This document shows, in pieces, positions 40,111 to 48,735 of a DNA stretch of 64,000 nucleotides. Source of the DNA: Verrucomicrobiota bacterium (GTDB lineage: Bacteria; Verrucomicrobiota; Verrucomicrobiia; Chthoniobacterales; JAFAMB01); assembly GCA_019239825.1 (NCBI GenBank), contig JAFAZK010000280.1, forward strand, positions 12,563 through 76,562. The letters run 5' to 3'. The notes under the pieces are model-generated. The model was not told where the DNA came from. It was given only the letters and a program-made list of their open reading frames with translations, and made no database searches. Within the stretch, counting starts at the first letter, position 1; the number at the start of each line of letters is the position of its first letter. The translations under genes and the position numbers were made by a program.

Positions 40111-43100
40111 CTACACCTCAAACGCCAGGATACGCGGAAGCTCGCCGGGATACGCAAAACATAGCAGCGAATATCCGATCCCGGAGATTCCGCGAAACAG
40201 GCTCGGTGAGAAGCAGAAGTTTTCGCCCACACTCTGTTGAAGACGAAAGAACGCTCCTCGCAGACCGCGTTCGAGAGTTTGCTCGATAAGATTCGCGGCA
40301 CTAGCCTGGAACTCAGGCCGGTTCTCCCGGCTGGCGATATAACTCAGGACCTCGGCAATGCCGAAGTTTCCGCAGCACCAGTGGTCCATGCTGCCTCGCT
40401 GGCGGATCTTTTCAACGACGATATCCAGCTCGTCGCGGGAAAGCTTTTGCGGTGTCTCCACGCCGACCGTGGCTAAAAGAATGCCGGCGGCGCCGTTGCA
40501 CCAGTTATTGAGAGAACCTTGCGGTCCTCTTACTGCGATTGGCCAAGAACTGTTTTTCGGGTCAAAAAAACCTCTCATCAGTTTCAAGGCTCGCTCAACG
40601 AGTTCGTTGAACTGTGGATCACAGAAAGTGCGGCTGTATTCGGTCAAGGCAAAACTGATGCCCGCTAAGCCGTGAGCAAAACCGACATAGGAATCGCCGT
40701 TAGACCTGGTCCAGCCGAGCTCGGGATGGTAACGAGCCGCCAGCATCCGAGCTGCAGCGAGCGCGTTGCCGGCCGCACCGGCGTCTTTTGTGACCTGATA
40801 AAGTCGTGTAAGCGCGACTAACAATCCGGCCACACCCGAGATTATGTCAGGCTCATCCGTTTCAGGCCTTAATTTGACTCTTTTATTCAGCGCTAGAGCC
40901 AGTGCAGTCCAATCACTGTCCTTGGTTAGCCTTCCCAGAACCAAAGCGCCGTAAATCAGAGCCCCGACTCCATTGCAGATACCGGGAGGATAGTCAGCAG
41001 GCGGCTCGAAGACAGCCAGCCTTTCCATGAATCTCGATCCCGGGCGTTTCGGGAAAGCGGATCCTGTTAACTGGTCAACCGCCGCTAGAAAAATGAGCGG
41101 CCCCATATCTCCCAGATAGATCCCTTCGCGGTGAGCAGCGCTGAGATCGCGCGGAAGAAAACTCGGCGGATCCCATAGATACGGGCCATCTGATTTACTG
41201 ATTCGCTGAGTTAATTCGTTAGCAAACTGCTGGACGACTGTTTCGGCCTGCGCGCCGGTTAACGGCTTTTCGATGGTCGCTGGAAAACGTCTGAGGGATT
41301 CCTGGATCACCTCCGTCTGAAAGCGGAAATCGTCTGCTCCCATGGCAGCGATTCGTTCGAAAACGATATCGATCGGTTTCTTTCGAGCCGCGCTGGGCAG
41401 ATGAAAGTTTCGACCAAGTAATTCCGTGCTGTTCAGCCGAATATGGAACCTCGGTATATCCAAGCCGAGCAATGACTGAACCTCGAAATCGATCAGCGTC
41501 TTGGTTTCTGGGGTTAGAGCGTTGTCTCGCAACGGGACACGATAAAGCTGCTCAAAAACGATGCTTTGGCGCACGCCAGAGGTCAGACATTTGGGAGCAC
41601 GTGCTTGCTTCAGCAGGAAACCATAAAGGGTCGTCGGACGGTAAACGAACCTGGTCTTACTTTGGGCAAATTGTTCGATTAACCGGCTAAACTCGGTTTT
41701 CCGATCTGATACGAAATGATAGAGCCGGCCAAAGCCCGTTATGAGTTCGGCTTGGTAACGCCGCACATCCTGGATCTCATTGCCCAAACGGACAGTGTTG
41801 CCGGCATGCCTGGGTGATCGCGGCTTGGTGACTGGCCGCATCTGGTCGGAGTTGAGATTTTCCCAGTCAGTCACGTTTGTGTGTGTTAGGTCCACAAAAC
41901 CGCTGCCCAGGCCGCAATAATCTGCCGGTACATGGGAGGCGCTTAATTGCCAGAAGGGCAACAAACCGGTCTCGATCACTGATGGGTTTCCTAGTTCCAA
42001 GACGTGCGCAGCGCCAGGTGTCGAATCGAACTTCGCGCTTCCACGTCCAGGGTGAAAAAATGATTCCGTGTCGATAGGAACCGGGCGATCGCCGGCAGCG
42101 ATCACATTTTCGAATCCCAGATCACATCCATTCAGCAGATAAGCCAGACAGAGGAGTTCGCCACCGCCCCGGTAATAATGCCGGACATCTTGGGCGTTTT
42201 GACAGGGAGATTGTTCGATAAATTCTTCCCAGCCATATTCCTCACGCTTGATTACTCGCGCCAGGCGCCAAGCCGCGGTGAATCCGACCCCGGCAAGCCA
42301 CCGATCAACTCGAACAAGCGCTTCAGCAATGGAAAGGTCTTTAGGCTTGTATAGCACCTGCTTGCCGTCGTCGAAAATGAGCAAGATCACTTGCTTACCT
42401 CCATCGTGCCGATCCGATATGCCCGTTTTTGTCCGTACTAGTTTTGGCCAGCGATTCTCTGACTGACCCAACGCGATCACTTCAGAAAAGTCAGTTCGGA
42501 GACGCTCCAGGAATAGGTTAGTGGAGTTAGTCCAGGATGTGAGTAAATGGCTGATCTGGCGGGCTAAAACCGGGAATCGTTCAAATAAGATCCGGTACTC
42601 GCTTTGGCGGACGCTTTGGATAAAGGTCTCGAAACTGCCGCCATTCTGCTGATGTTGAGAGAATTGCGCGAAGCTCGGGAAAGAAGCAAGTTCGGAGATT
42701 TCTTGGAGAAGCGAAAGCAGCAAAGAATCGATCGCCGATGCCGTCACGGCGTCGGGTGACAGCGATAAGTTCTGACGAGCGAAAGCGATCAGGGGTAGCC
42801 AGAGAACTGAAAATGGAAATGCTTGGCTCCCCTCCAAATCAACGGGGGGATACTGAAGAGCTTGGTTGAGAACTTCTTCCCATCGATCCCTTTGGGTCAC
42901 CGGTTCTGGCGGCTCGGAGGTGACATAAACGGCCTGCTCTTCGGAAACACCAAGCGATCTCAGGCGAGCAGAAAATCGGTCATAAGTGCCCGTCGTGAAT
43001 ACCTGTTTCCAATCGCGGAAATCGTCTCCGGGTTCCGGAGTTGCCTGGGGTTCGGTAGGCGCTGCGGCTAACCGCTCGTGAAGATAGTGAGCTTGGGCAG

Positions 43101-43125
43101 AGAGGGCAGCTAATGATTTAGACAT
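40111..43125 (-). CDS. lanM: Class II lanthipeptide synthetase
   Basis: Dehydratase motifs DRHDGG, YKPK, GWEEFI, DLGFEN, IDTE, RPTTLY; LanC-like motifs DIISG, GFAHG, WCNG, WCCG, LFRG. Confidence 0.93.
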   Translation of the reverse strand: MSKSLAALSAQAHYLHERLAAAPTEPQATPEPGDDFRDWKQVFTTGTYDRFSARLRSLGVSEEQAVYVTSEPPEPVTQRDRWEEVLNQALQYPPVDLEGSQAFPFSVLWLPLIAFARQNLSLSPDAVTASAIDSLLLSLLQEISELASFPSFAQFSQHQQNGGSFETFIQSVRQSEYRILFERFPVLARQISHLLTSWTNSTNLFLERLRTDFSEVIALGQSENRWPKLVRTKTGISDRHDGGKQVILLIFDDGKQVLYKPKDLSIAEALVRVDRWLAGVGFTAAWRLARVIKREEYGWEEFIEQSPCQNAQDVRHYYRGGGELLCLAYLLNGCDLGFENVIAAGDRPVPIDTESFFHPGRGSAKFDSTPGAAHVLELGNPSVIETGLLPFWQLSASHVPADYCGLGSGFVDLTHTNVTDWENLNSDQMRPVTKPRSPRHAGNTVRLGNEIQDVRRYQAELITGFGRLYHFVSDRKTEFSRLIEQFAQSKTRFVYRPTTLYGFLLKQARAPKCLTSGVRQSIVFEQLYRVPLRDNALTPETKTLIDFEVQSLLGLDIPRFHIRLNSTELLGRNFHLPSAARKKPIDIVFERIAAMGADDFRFQTEVIQESLRRFPATIEKPLTGAQAETVVQQFANELTQRISKSDGPYLWDPPSFLPRDLSAAHREGIYLGDMGPLIFLAAVDQLTGSAFPKRPGSRFMERLAVFEPPADYPPGICNGVGALIYGALVLGRLTKDSDWTALALALNKRVKLRPETDEPDIISGVAGLLVALTRLYQVTKDAGAAGNALAAARMLAARYHPELGWTRSNGDSYVGFAHGLAGISFALTEYSRTFCDPQFNELVERALKLMRGFFDPKNSSWPIAVRGPQGSLNNWCNGAAGILLATVGVETPQKLSRDELDIVVEKIRQRGSMDHWCCGNFGIAEVLSYIASRENRPEFQASAANLIEQTLERGLRGAFFRLQQSVGENFCFSPSLFRGISGIGYSLLCFAYPGELPRILAFEV

Positions 43126-43129
43126 AAAT

Positions 43130-43155
43130 AGCCGCCATCGGAACCGATGGCGGCT
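43130..43155 (-). terminator. GC-rich hairpin between precursor genes and lanM
   Basis: agccgccatcgg-aa-ccgatggcggct followed on the minus strand by ATTT and the lanM ATG. Confidence 0.65.
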
Positions 43156-43198
43156 TCAAAAATGCTTCGTCCTAGCAAATAAGTGCTATCGGCGCGGC

Positions 43199-43333
43199 TT
43201 AGGCGATGTTGACCGTGCTCAACACGTTGGAGCAGCTGACGCTCTGAATAGAGGTGGTATCGTTGATGCCGCCGGCAACGTCTTCGAGTTGTTCGTCGCT
43301 AATGGATTCTGGTTTGTTGGTTTCTTCGCTCAT
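43199..43333 (-). CDS. Double-glycine RiPP precursor A3 (44 aa)
   Basis: Hand translation MSEETNKPESISDEQLEDVAGG/INDTTSIQSVSCSNVLSTVNIA. Confidence 0.92.
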   Translation of the reverse strand: MSEETNKPESISDEQLEDVAGGINDTTSIQSVSCSNVLSTVNIA

Positions 43334-43399
43334 ATTATCCGTAGGTTTATGGTTCTCGTTTGTTAAGTCGGAATTGGCCGGCTTTTCTCTGGCGCGGCT

Positions 43400-43534
43400 T
43401 TAGGCGATGTTGATCGTGCTCAACACGTTGGAGCAGCTAACGCTCTGAATAGAGGTGGTATCATTGATGCCGCCGGCAACGTCTTCGAGTTGTTCGTCGC
43501 TGACCTGTTCTGGTTTGTTGGTTTCTTCGCTCAT
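43400..43534 (-). CDS. Double-glycine RiPP precursor A2 (44 aa)
   Basis: Hand translation MSEETNKPEQVSDEQLEDVAGG/INDTTSIQSVSCSNVLSTINIA. Confidence 0.92.
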   Translation of the reverse strand: MSEETNKPEQVSDEQLEDVAGGINDTTSIQSVSCSNVLSTINIA

Positions 43535-43603
43535 ATTAAATCGGTTTGTCCGGTTTTGGGTTTCTTTTAGGATCGGAGTTCGCCCATTCTTCCTGTGCCA
43601 GAC

Positions 43604-43738
43604 TTAGGCGATGTTGACCGTGCTCAACACGTTGGAACAGCTAACGCTCTGAATAGAGGTGGTATCGTTGATGCCGCCGGCTACATCCTCGAGTTGCTCA
43701 TCACTGATCGATTCTGGTTTGTTGGTATCTTCGCTCAT
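43604..43738 (-). CDS. Double-glycine RiPP precursor A1 (44 aa)
   Basis: Hand translation MSEDTNKPESISDEQLEDVAGG/INDTTSIQSVSCSNVLSTVNIA. Confidence 0.92.
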   Translation of the reverse strand: MSEDTNKPESISDEQLEDVAGGINDTTSIQSVSCSNVLSTVNIA

Positions 43739-43800
43739 ATGGTTGGGTGTACGGTTGGTTTGGTTTCTGGTTGTGGTTCTCGAATGCCGCGCTCGAGAGT

Positions 43801-44115
43801 TTAGAGGCTGGAATCCGGGCCTAAGAACGTGTTGTTCTCAGCGCTTAAGAATCCGCCCGCTATTGTTTCAAGCTCGGCGTCCGAAAGGTTTGCATTCTGG
43901 TCCGGGAAATCCTTTGGCAAGACGATGTACATCAGATCGTCTGTCTCTTGCAGGAGTACTACCTTCAGCCGATCCGGTAATGTGGTGCCTAGTGCTCGCT
44001 CGACGGCGAACTTTGGGTTCGCTAGCAAGGATTCCCGAAACGCCTCATCTTTCAAGGCCGCCCTTACGAGTACCTCTTTGACGTCTTTTCGTGAGATATT
44101 CGAGTTGGAATCCAT
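43801..44115 (-). CDS. NHLP (nitrile hydratase-like leader) family precursor
   Basis: RAALKDEAFRESLLANPK...VLP...LSDAELETIAGG then a 16-aa core FLSAENNTFLGPDSSL. Confidence 0.9.
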   Translation of the reverse strand: MDSNSNISRKDVKEVLVRAALKDEAFRESLLANPKFAVERALGTTLPDRLKVVLLQETDDLMYIVLPKDFPDQNANLSDAELETIAGGFLSAENNTFLGPDSSL

Positions 44116-44172
44116 TTCTACTCTTTGTCTCCGGTGTGCCCGACATCCACTTCCGTGTCCGCCGAGCTATTT

Positions 44173-44188
44173 AGCAATGGGTGTGCCA
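44173..44188 (-). promoter_or_regulatory. Sigma54 (-24/-12) promoter for the precursor-lanM operon
   Basis: Minus strand TGGCACACCCATTGCT matches TGGCAC-N5-TTGCW, 57 nt upstream of the NHLP ATG. Confidence 0.85.
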
Positions 44189-44271
44189 TAACTACGTCTG
44201 TTGATTCAAGTATCTGGGATATGGTCAGTTGCATACATTTAGCCATTTTAGCTTCCTGACTGAACAACCCA

Positions 44272-44316
44272 AAAATGGAACTCCGATTCTCGAAAATGGA
44301 ACGACAGCTCCATTTT
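44272..44316. promoter_or_regulatory. Candidate bEBP upstream activator sequence
   Basis: AAAATGGA-N8-TCCATTTT palindrome (44293-44316) plus a direct AAAATGGAAC repeat 21 bp away (44272). Confidence 0.55.
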
Positions 44317-44335
44317 AGGTTCGCGGTCCGCTGTT

Positions 44336-45499
44336 TCACTCCTCTGGCTTCAGGCGATGGTGCCGCAGAAAATCCATGAACTTTTGATAGTGTTCCGGCC
44401 TGATATTGAGTAGGACACTCATCCGGCGATAACTGCCTCTGGCTGCTAACAGTCCCTGGGAGATTATCTCGCGGACCTGAGCTCGATTTAAGTCGCGGTC
44501 GAGAAAAGGCTCATGAACGACGTCCCAAAACGACCTCCCCTGCTCGACCATATCCTCGAATAGTTCATTCTTGCCGGTGCCCGGACCAGGTAAACTTGCT
44601 TGGCGAAGCTCGCTGACAAAATGATCTGGCTCTATGTACTTTGATTCCGCCATGGAGAAGCCGATCGTGACGATGCTCCGGAGCTCCCGAACATTGCCCG
44701 GCCAGGGGTATCGCTCTAGAAACTTGATCGATGTAGGCGAGAATGCCTTCTTGAGGTTGTATTCCTGATTCAGCTTATCGACAAAATAACTAATTAATAG
44801 TTTCCAATCCTCATCGCGTTCCCGCAAAGCTGGGATATCCAAGGGAAAATAGCGGAGGCGGAAATAAAGATCTTGGCGAAAATGACCGGTGGCGATCATA
44901 TCGCGCAGCGGTCTGTTAGTGGCTGCTATTACCCGAACATCCACCGAATAGGTTTTGGTCGAGCCCAACGGTTTAACTTCCTTTTCCGCGAGTGCTCGCA
45001 GCAACATGGTCTGAGCAGTGGGAGGAAGATCACCGACTTCATCCAGGAAAACGGCGCCTCTGTCCGCCGCATCAAATAGACCTTTATGATCAGCGATGGC
45101 GCCGGTAAAGCTGCCTTTAACGTGCCCGAATAGTTCGCTAACGGTTACGTTGCCTTCGCTGTATTGTGGGCAATTGACCACCACAAAAGGCTCGCTAATG
45201 CGCGAGCTCATCAGATGGCAGGCTTTAGCAAATAACTCTTTGCCTACACCACTCTCGCCTGTGATCAGGATGGTTTGATTGAATTTGGCGAACTTTTGAA
45301 CTTTGTCTAAAGTGTCTCGCATTTTCGAACTGACACCGACTAGATCAACCGCTTGCTTTATTCCCCATTTCTCTAGGGACTTGACGCGGACCTGGAAGGC
45401 CACATCCGTCATGGTTTTGTCAGTTTCGCGGCTAACTTTCGTAGACGGAAACGGAACCACGTTAGCGGTACTATCGCTCTCCATAAATGCAAGACACAC
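44336..45499 (-). CDS. Sigma54-dependent activator (bEBP) without a recognisable sensor domain
   Basis: [45 protein letters not shown]; only about 50 aa precede the AAA+ domain. Confidence 0.9.
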   Translation of the reverse strand: MCLAFMESDSTANVVPFPSTKVSRETDKTMTDVAFQVRVKSLEKWGIKQAVDLVGVSSKMRDTLDKVQKFAKFNQTILITGESGVGKELFAKACHLMSSRISEPFVVVNCPQYSEGNVTVSELFGHVKGSFTGAIADHKGLFDAADRGAVFLDEVGDLPPTAQTMLLRALAEKEVKPLGSTKTYSVDVRVIAATNRPLRDMIATGHFRQDLYFRLRYFPLDIPALRERDEDWKLLISYFVDKLNQEYNLKKAFSPTSIKFLERYPWPGNVRELRSIVTIGFSMAESKYIEPDHFVSELRQASLPGPGTGKNELFEDMVEQGRSFWDVVHEPFLDRDLNRAQVREIISQGLLAARGSYRRMSVLLNIRPEHYQKFMDFLRHHRLKPEE

Positions 45500-45579
45500 G
45501 AGGCCGGGAACCGCCCTTATCCTCTACCTACTCTGGACCATACCAACTGTTTTTCCGCAAGATGCGCGTAGGGTCCTGT

Positions 45580-45646
45580 CCCATAAATAGCATGGCTTTT
45601 GCCGGCGGCCTATTCTGATCGCGACGAAAGCCATGTTATTTATGGG
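45580..45646. repeat. Intergenic long hairpin
   Basis: cccataaatagcatggcttt...aaagccatgttatttatggg (20-bp arms, one mismatch). Confidence 0.7.
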
Positions 45647-45666
45647 TAGTACCCTAAGTTACAGAA

Positions 45667-48618
45667 TCAGGCTAGTTGTCGTCTGGCGAGGTCGGCGAAT
45701 GGTCCCGCCTGATTCATCAACTCAGTGTAAGTCCCGGTCTGTGCGAGTTCACCATTTTGCAGCACGAATATTCGATCCGCATTGATGATCGTGCTCAACC
45801 GGTGCGCGATGACGATTCGGGTCGCCTGCATCGCGTCCAAACTTTCCGTGACTTTTCTTTGGGTTTCATTGTCCATGGCGCTGGTCGCTTCGTCAAAAAA
45901 GACAATGCGGGGCCGGTTTACCAGCGCTCGGGCAACCATTAGCCTCTGGCGCTGCCCCCCGGAAAAGGTGCCGCCTCCCTCCGAGACCACGGTGTGCATG
46001 CCCATGGGCATATTCTTGATGTCCCGGTCTAGACCAGCCATTCTCGCTGCTTCCCAAGCGTCGTTCACGCTTAGGTTGGTATGTGAACCGATAATGTTCC
46101 GATAAATGTCGGTGGGCATCAGCCGGCTGGATTGCAGGACAACGCCGATCTGCTGGCGAACTTCGCGGATATCCAAAGAAGACATTTCCTGGCCGTCGTA
46201 AAAAATTGCGCCTGATTCGGGTTTTTCGAAGCCAAGGAATAACCGCAAGAGCGTCGACTTGCCCGAACCTGATCCTCCAACTAGAGCCACGAACTCGCCA
46301 GGCCTGATGCGCAGCGAGATATCTTTCAAAATCAATGGTGCATCCTGGTTGTATCGGAACGAAAGGTGGTAAACCTCCAACTCACCGCTCAACTCGCCGG
46401 GGTGGGCTTTTGCCTCATCGATTTCGGGTTGGGCTTCGATAACGGGCCGAAGCCGCTGGAACAAAGGTAAGATCATTAAAAGATCCAACACGACCGTACT
46501 CAGTGACAACATGCTTGAGAGGACGTTGGTAAATACTCCGTTAAACGCCACGAATTGGCCGGTGGTCATGTTGAATTTCTCTTGTCCCTGCGCAGCCTGA
46601 TCCTTGAACCAGCCATATAAAAGGAATAGCAGAGCCGTCGCGATCACGGGATAAACCCGGCTGAAAACTTGAACGATATTCCCGAGAAATTCGACTCGGA
46701 AGGCCAGCCTTTTCTGAGTCGAGAACTTCCTGGTCCATTCCCGGAACGCAGAATCTTCGGCGCCGGACACTCGGATTTTCGCAACCCCGTTTATCAGCTG
46801 CAGAACCAAGCCTGTAATTAATCCTCGGATGCGGAACATCTGCCGCTGGTTCGTCAGCTGCATCAAGTTGATGCAGAGCGGTAAGATCACGGAGAAACCG
46901 ATAAGACCGAACGCCGCCCAGGCCATCTTGGCGTTGAACGTAAAAAGGAAGATGCCGGTTATCAATGTGCTGATAGCACCGACGATGGCTTGAGTACCGG
47001 ATTGAGAAATAGCCTGCCGAATCTGTTCGACTCCCAATGCCCGGTCTGTGAGGTCACCTGAGGTATAGTCGCGAAAGAATTGAGATGGCAGGTTGAGTAG
47101 ACGGTCCCAGACGCCTGCTTGTACGGAATAATCCATTTTGCCGGTCAGGCGGAGGACGGCGATCGAACGAGTTAGTTCGAAAGCGAATGTGCCTAAGGCG
47201 GCCGCGAAAAGCCCAACGGCAAATTGAGCCAGTTGACTGCGATCGGCAGCGGGAATAACGCTGTCGATGATCTGACCGCTGAAGTACGGCGTTACCATTC
47301 CCAAAAACCCAACTAACACTCCCATCAGGCTGATGGTGCGCAGATCGGCGTGACAAGTCCGCATGCCGAATTTAATCAGGTCCCAAGCACCAAGCCGCCT
47401 TTCCGGTAGAGGCGTATATAAAGAAACGGCGAAGGGCGACAGAGTGGCAGCGCTTGAAGCAGTAACCACAACGCGTTCCACCGTGCGTGGGTCCGCTAAC
47501 TCATACGTCGTGTGTCCGGTTTTCAAAATCGCGACTGGCTCGAGGGTGCCCTCGCGAAACGCTAGCAATGGGCCATGATCGACTTCCCACCACTCGCCTC
47601 GGAGCGCTATGGTGCGGTACCGGAACCGGGAAGCCTTTGCGATCGCTGCGAGTTTATCGCTGACTTGAAAAAGATCGGCTGGGACCTTGACCTGAATGCC
47701 GGATGCCTCTCCTACGAGCCGGCAAGCGATGACCAGGGGATTGCCGGAAGGGTCGGCGAGCAGGCCGGCCGTCTGGAGTTCGCGACGAGTCGCCAGCACG
47801 GAGGCGATTTCGCGCAGAGCGGTATCGCGCGACCGCAAACCGGACGCCTCTCGCGCACGCAAGCGATTAAAATCATCAACAATTCTGAGCTTCTTATTGA
47901 TGAACTCGCATTGGCACAACACCTCGTGGAATAGCCCAAGGCCGATCCAGAAAGTAGGTTGGGTGATGCTGGCAGGAGAGGAAAAACATGACAGCAGGTT
48001 ATCGTCATAAGATTCGATCCATGTGTCCGAAGACAGAGGAAGGATAGGAACCCCTTCACCGGATAAAGAGACTCCTTCCATACCCATGTAAAGCGCTTCT
48101 CCGCGCAGGACCTGTATCCACACGATCCCGCGGCGCGCTCGAGCGATCTTGCCGCGAGGCAGTAACACTTGCTTACCGCCGACGAGAACCTCATCCGCTT
48201 TTGGTAGTGGCCTCGTATCGCGCGAGACACTGGCAGAAAGCTGTTCGAGCCAGTGATCGATGAGTTGGCTGAGAGTAGCAGCGTATTCGTGATCGCGTGC
48301 CAGCCGTCTCAGATCATCTTGACGCAGCCCGACCAGCTCCGAGCCTTCGCGACCGGTGAGCAAAAAACAGTAACCGTGCGCTTGCTTGTTAAAGTCCATC
48401 CCGAAAATCAAGGAACCTGGCTCCAGCGAAAGGAAGTGTGACCGCGGGCCGGTAGCTTCGCCGGCTTCGAGCTGCACGGTGAAAATTTCAATCCGGCCCG
48501 TGGCGATAAACCAGACGTTCTCAGATCCTTCAACGACGAAAGATTGGTTCAACCGGAGGACCTGTAGTTCACCGGATTGAATGAGAGCGTTACTAAGAGC
48601 TGCTGAAATGGCCGGCAT
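45667..48618 (-). CDS. NHLP/NHLM-type ABC transporter, permease/ATPase (no active peptidase)
   Basis: Long N-terminal region, TM domain, GGSGSGKST, FSGGQRQR, DEATS. Confidence 0.9.
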   Translation of the reverse strand: MPAISAALSNALIQSGELQVLRLNQSFVVEGSENVWFIATGRIEIFTVQLEAGEATGPRSHFLSLEPGSLIFGMDFNKQAHGYCFLLTGREGSELVGLRQDDLRRLARDHEYAATLSQLIDHWLEQLSASVSRDTRPLPKADEVLVGGKQVLLPRGKIARARRGIVWIQVLRGEALYMGMEGVSLSGEGVPILPLSSDTWIESYDDNLLSCFSSPASITQPTFWIGLGLFHEVLCQCEFINKKLRIVDDFNRLRAREASGLRSRDTALREIASVLATRRELQTAGLLADPSGNPLVIACRLVGEASGIQVKVPADLFQVSDKLAAIAKASRFRYRTIALRGEWWEVDHGPLLAFREGTLEPVAILKTGHTTYELADPRTVERVVVTASSAATLSPFAVSLYTPLPERRLGAWDLIKFGMRTCHADLRTISLMGVLVGFLGMVTPYFSGQIIDSVIPAADRSQLAQFAVGLFAAALGTFAFELTRSIAVLRLTGKMDYSVQAGVWDRLLNLPSQFFRDYTSGDLTDRALGVEQIRQAISQSGTQAIVGAISTLITGIFLFTFNAKMAWAAFGLIGFSVILPLCINLMQLTNQRQMFRIRGLITGLVLQLINGVAKIRVSGAEDSAFREWTRKFSTQKRLAFRVEFLGNIVQVFSRVYPVIATALLFLLYGWFKDQAAQGQEKFNMTTGQFVAFNGVFTNVLSSMLSLSTVVLDLLMILPLFQRLRPVIEAQPEIDEAKAHPGELSGELEVYHLSFRYNQDAPLILKDISLRIRPGEFVALVGGSGSGKSTLLRLFLGFEKPESGAIFYDGQEMSSLDIREVRQQIGVVLQSSRLMPTDIYRNIIGSHTNLSVNDAWEAARMAGLDRDIKNMPMGMHTVVSEGGGTFSGGQRQRLMVARALVNRPRIVFFDEATSAMDNETQRKVTESLDAMQATRIVIAHRLSTIINADRIFVLQNGELAQTGTYTELMNQAGPFADLARRQLA

Positions 48619-48735
48619 AAGACTGGACCTATCAGCGGTCCACTCTACGGCAGCGGAATATTCCGGCTACGCCGGACCATTCCGCTGCACTGGCGGAAGA
48701 TGTTGTTAATAGTATCTCGTTCATTCTTTCAGATA

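Noticed and set aside
43199-43738. Roughly 200-bp periodic repeat as a CRISPR array or non-coding tandem repeat
   Set aside because: Units are 135-nt ORFs with mostly synonymous differences, far longer than CRISPR repeats, and there are no cas genes.
43595-44191. Plus-strand ORFs over the precursor region (43595, 43659, 43829)
   Set aside because: Antisense shadows of the precursor and NHLP genes.
44118-44339. 73-aa minus-strand ORF between the bEBP and NHLP genes
   Set aside because: Overlaps the sigma54 promoter and candidate UAS, with no recognisable protein features.
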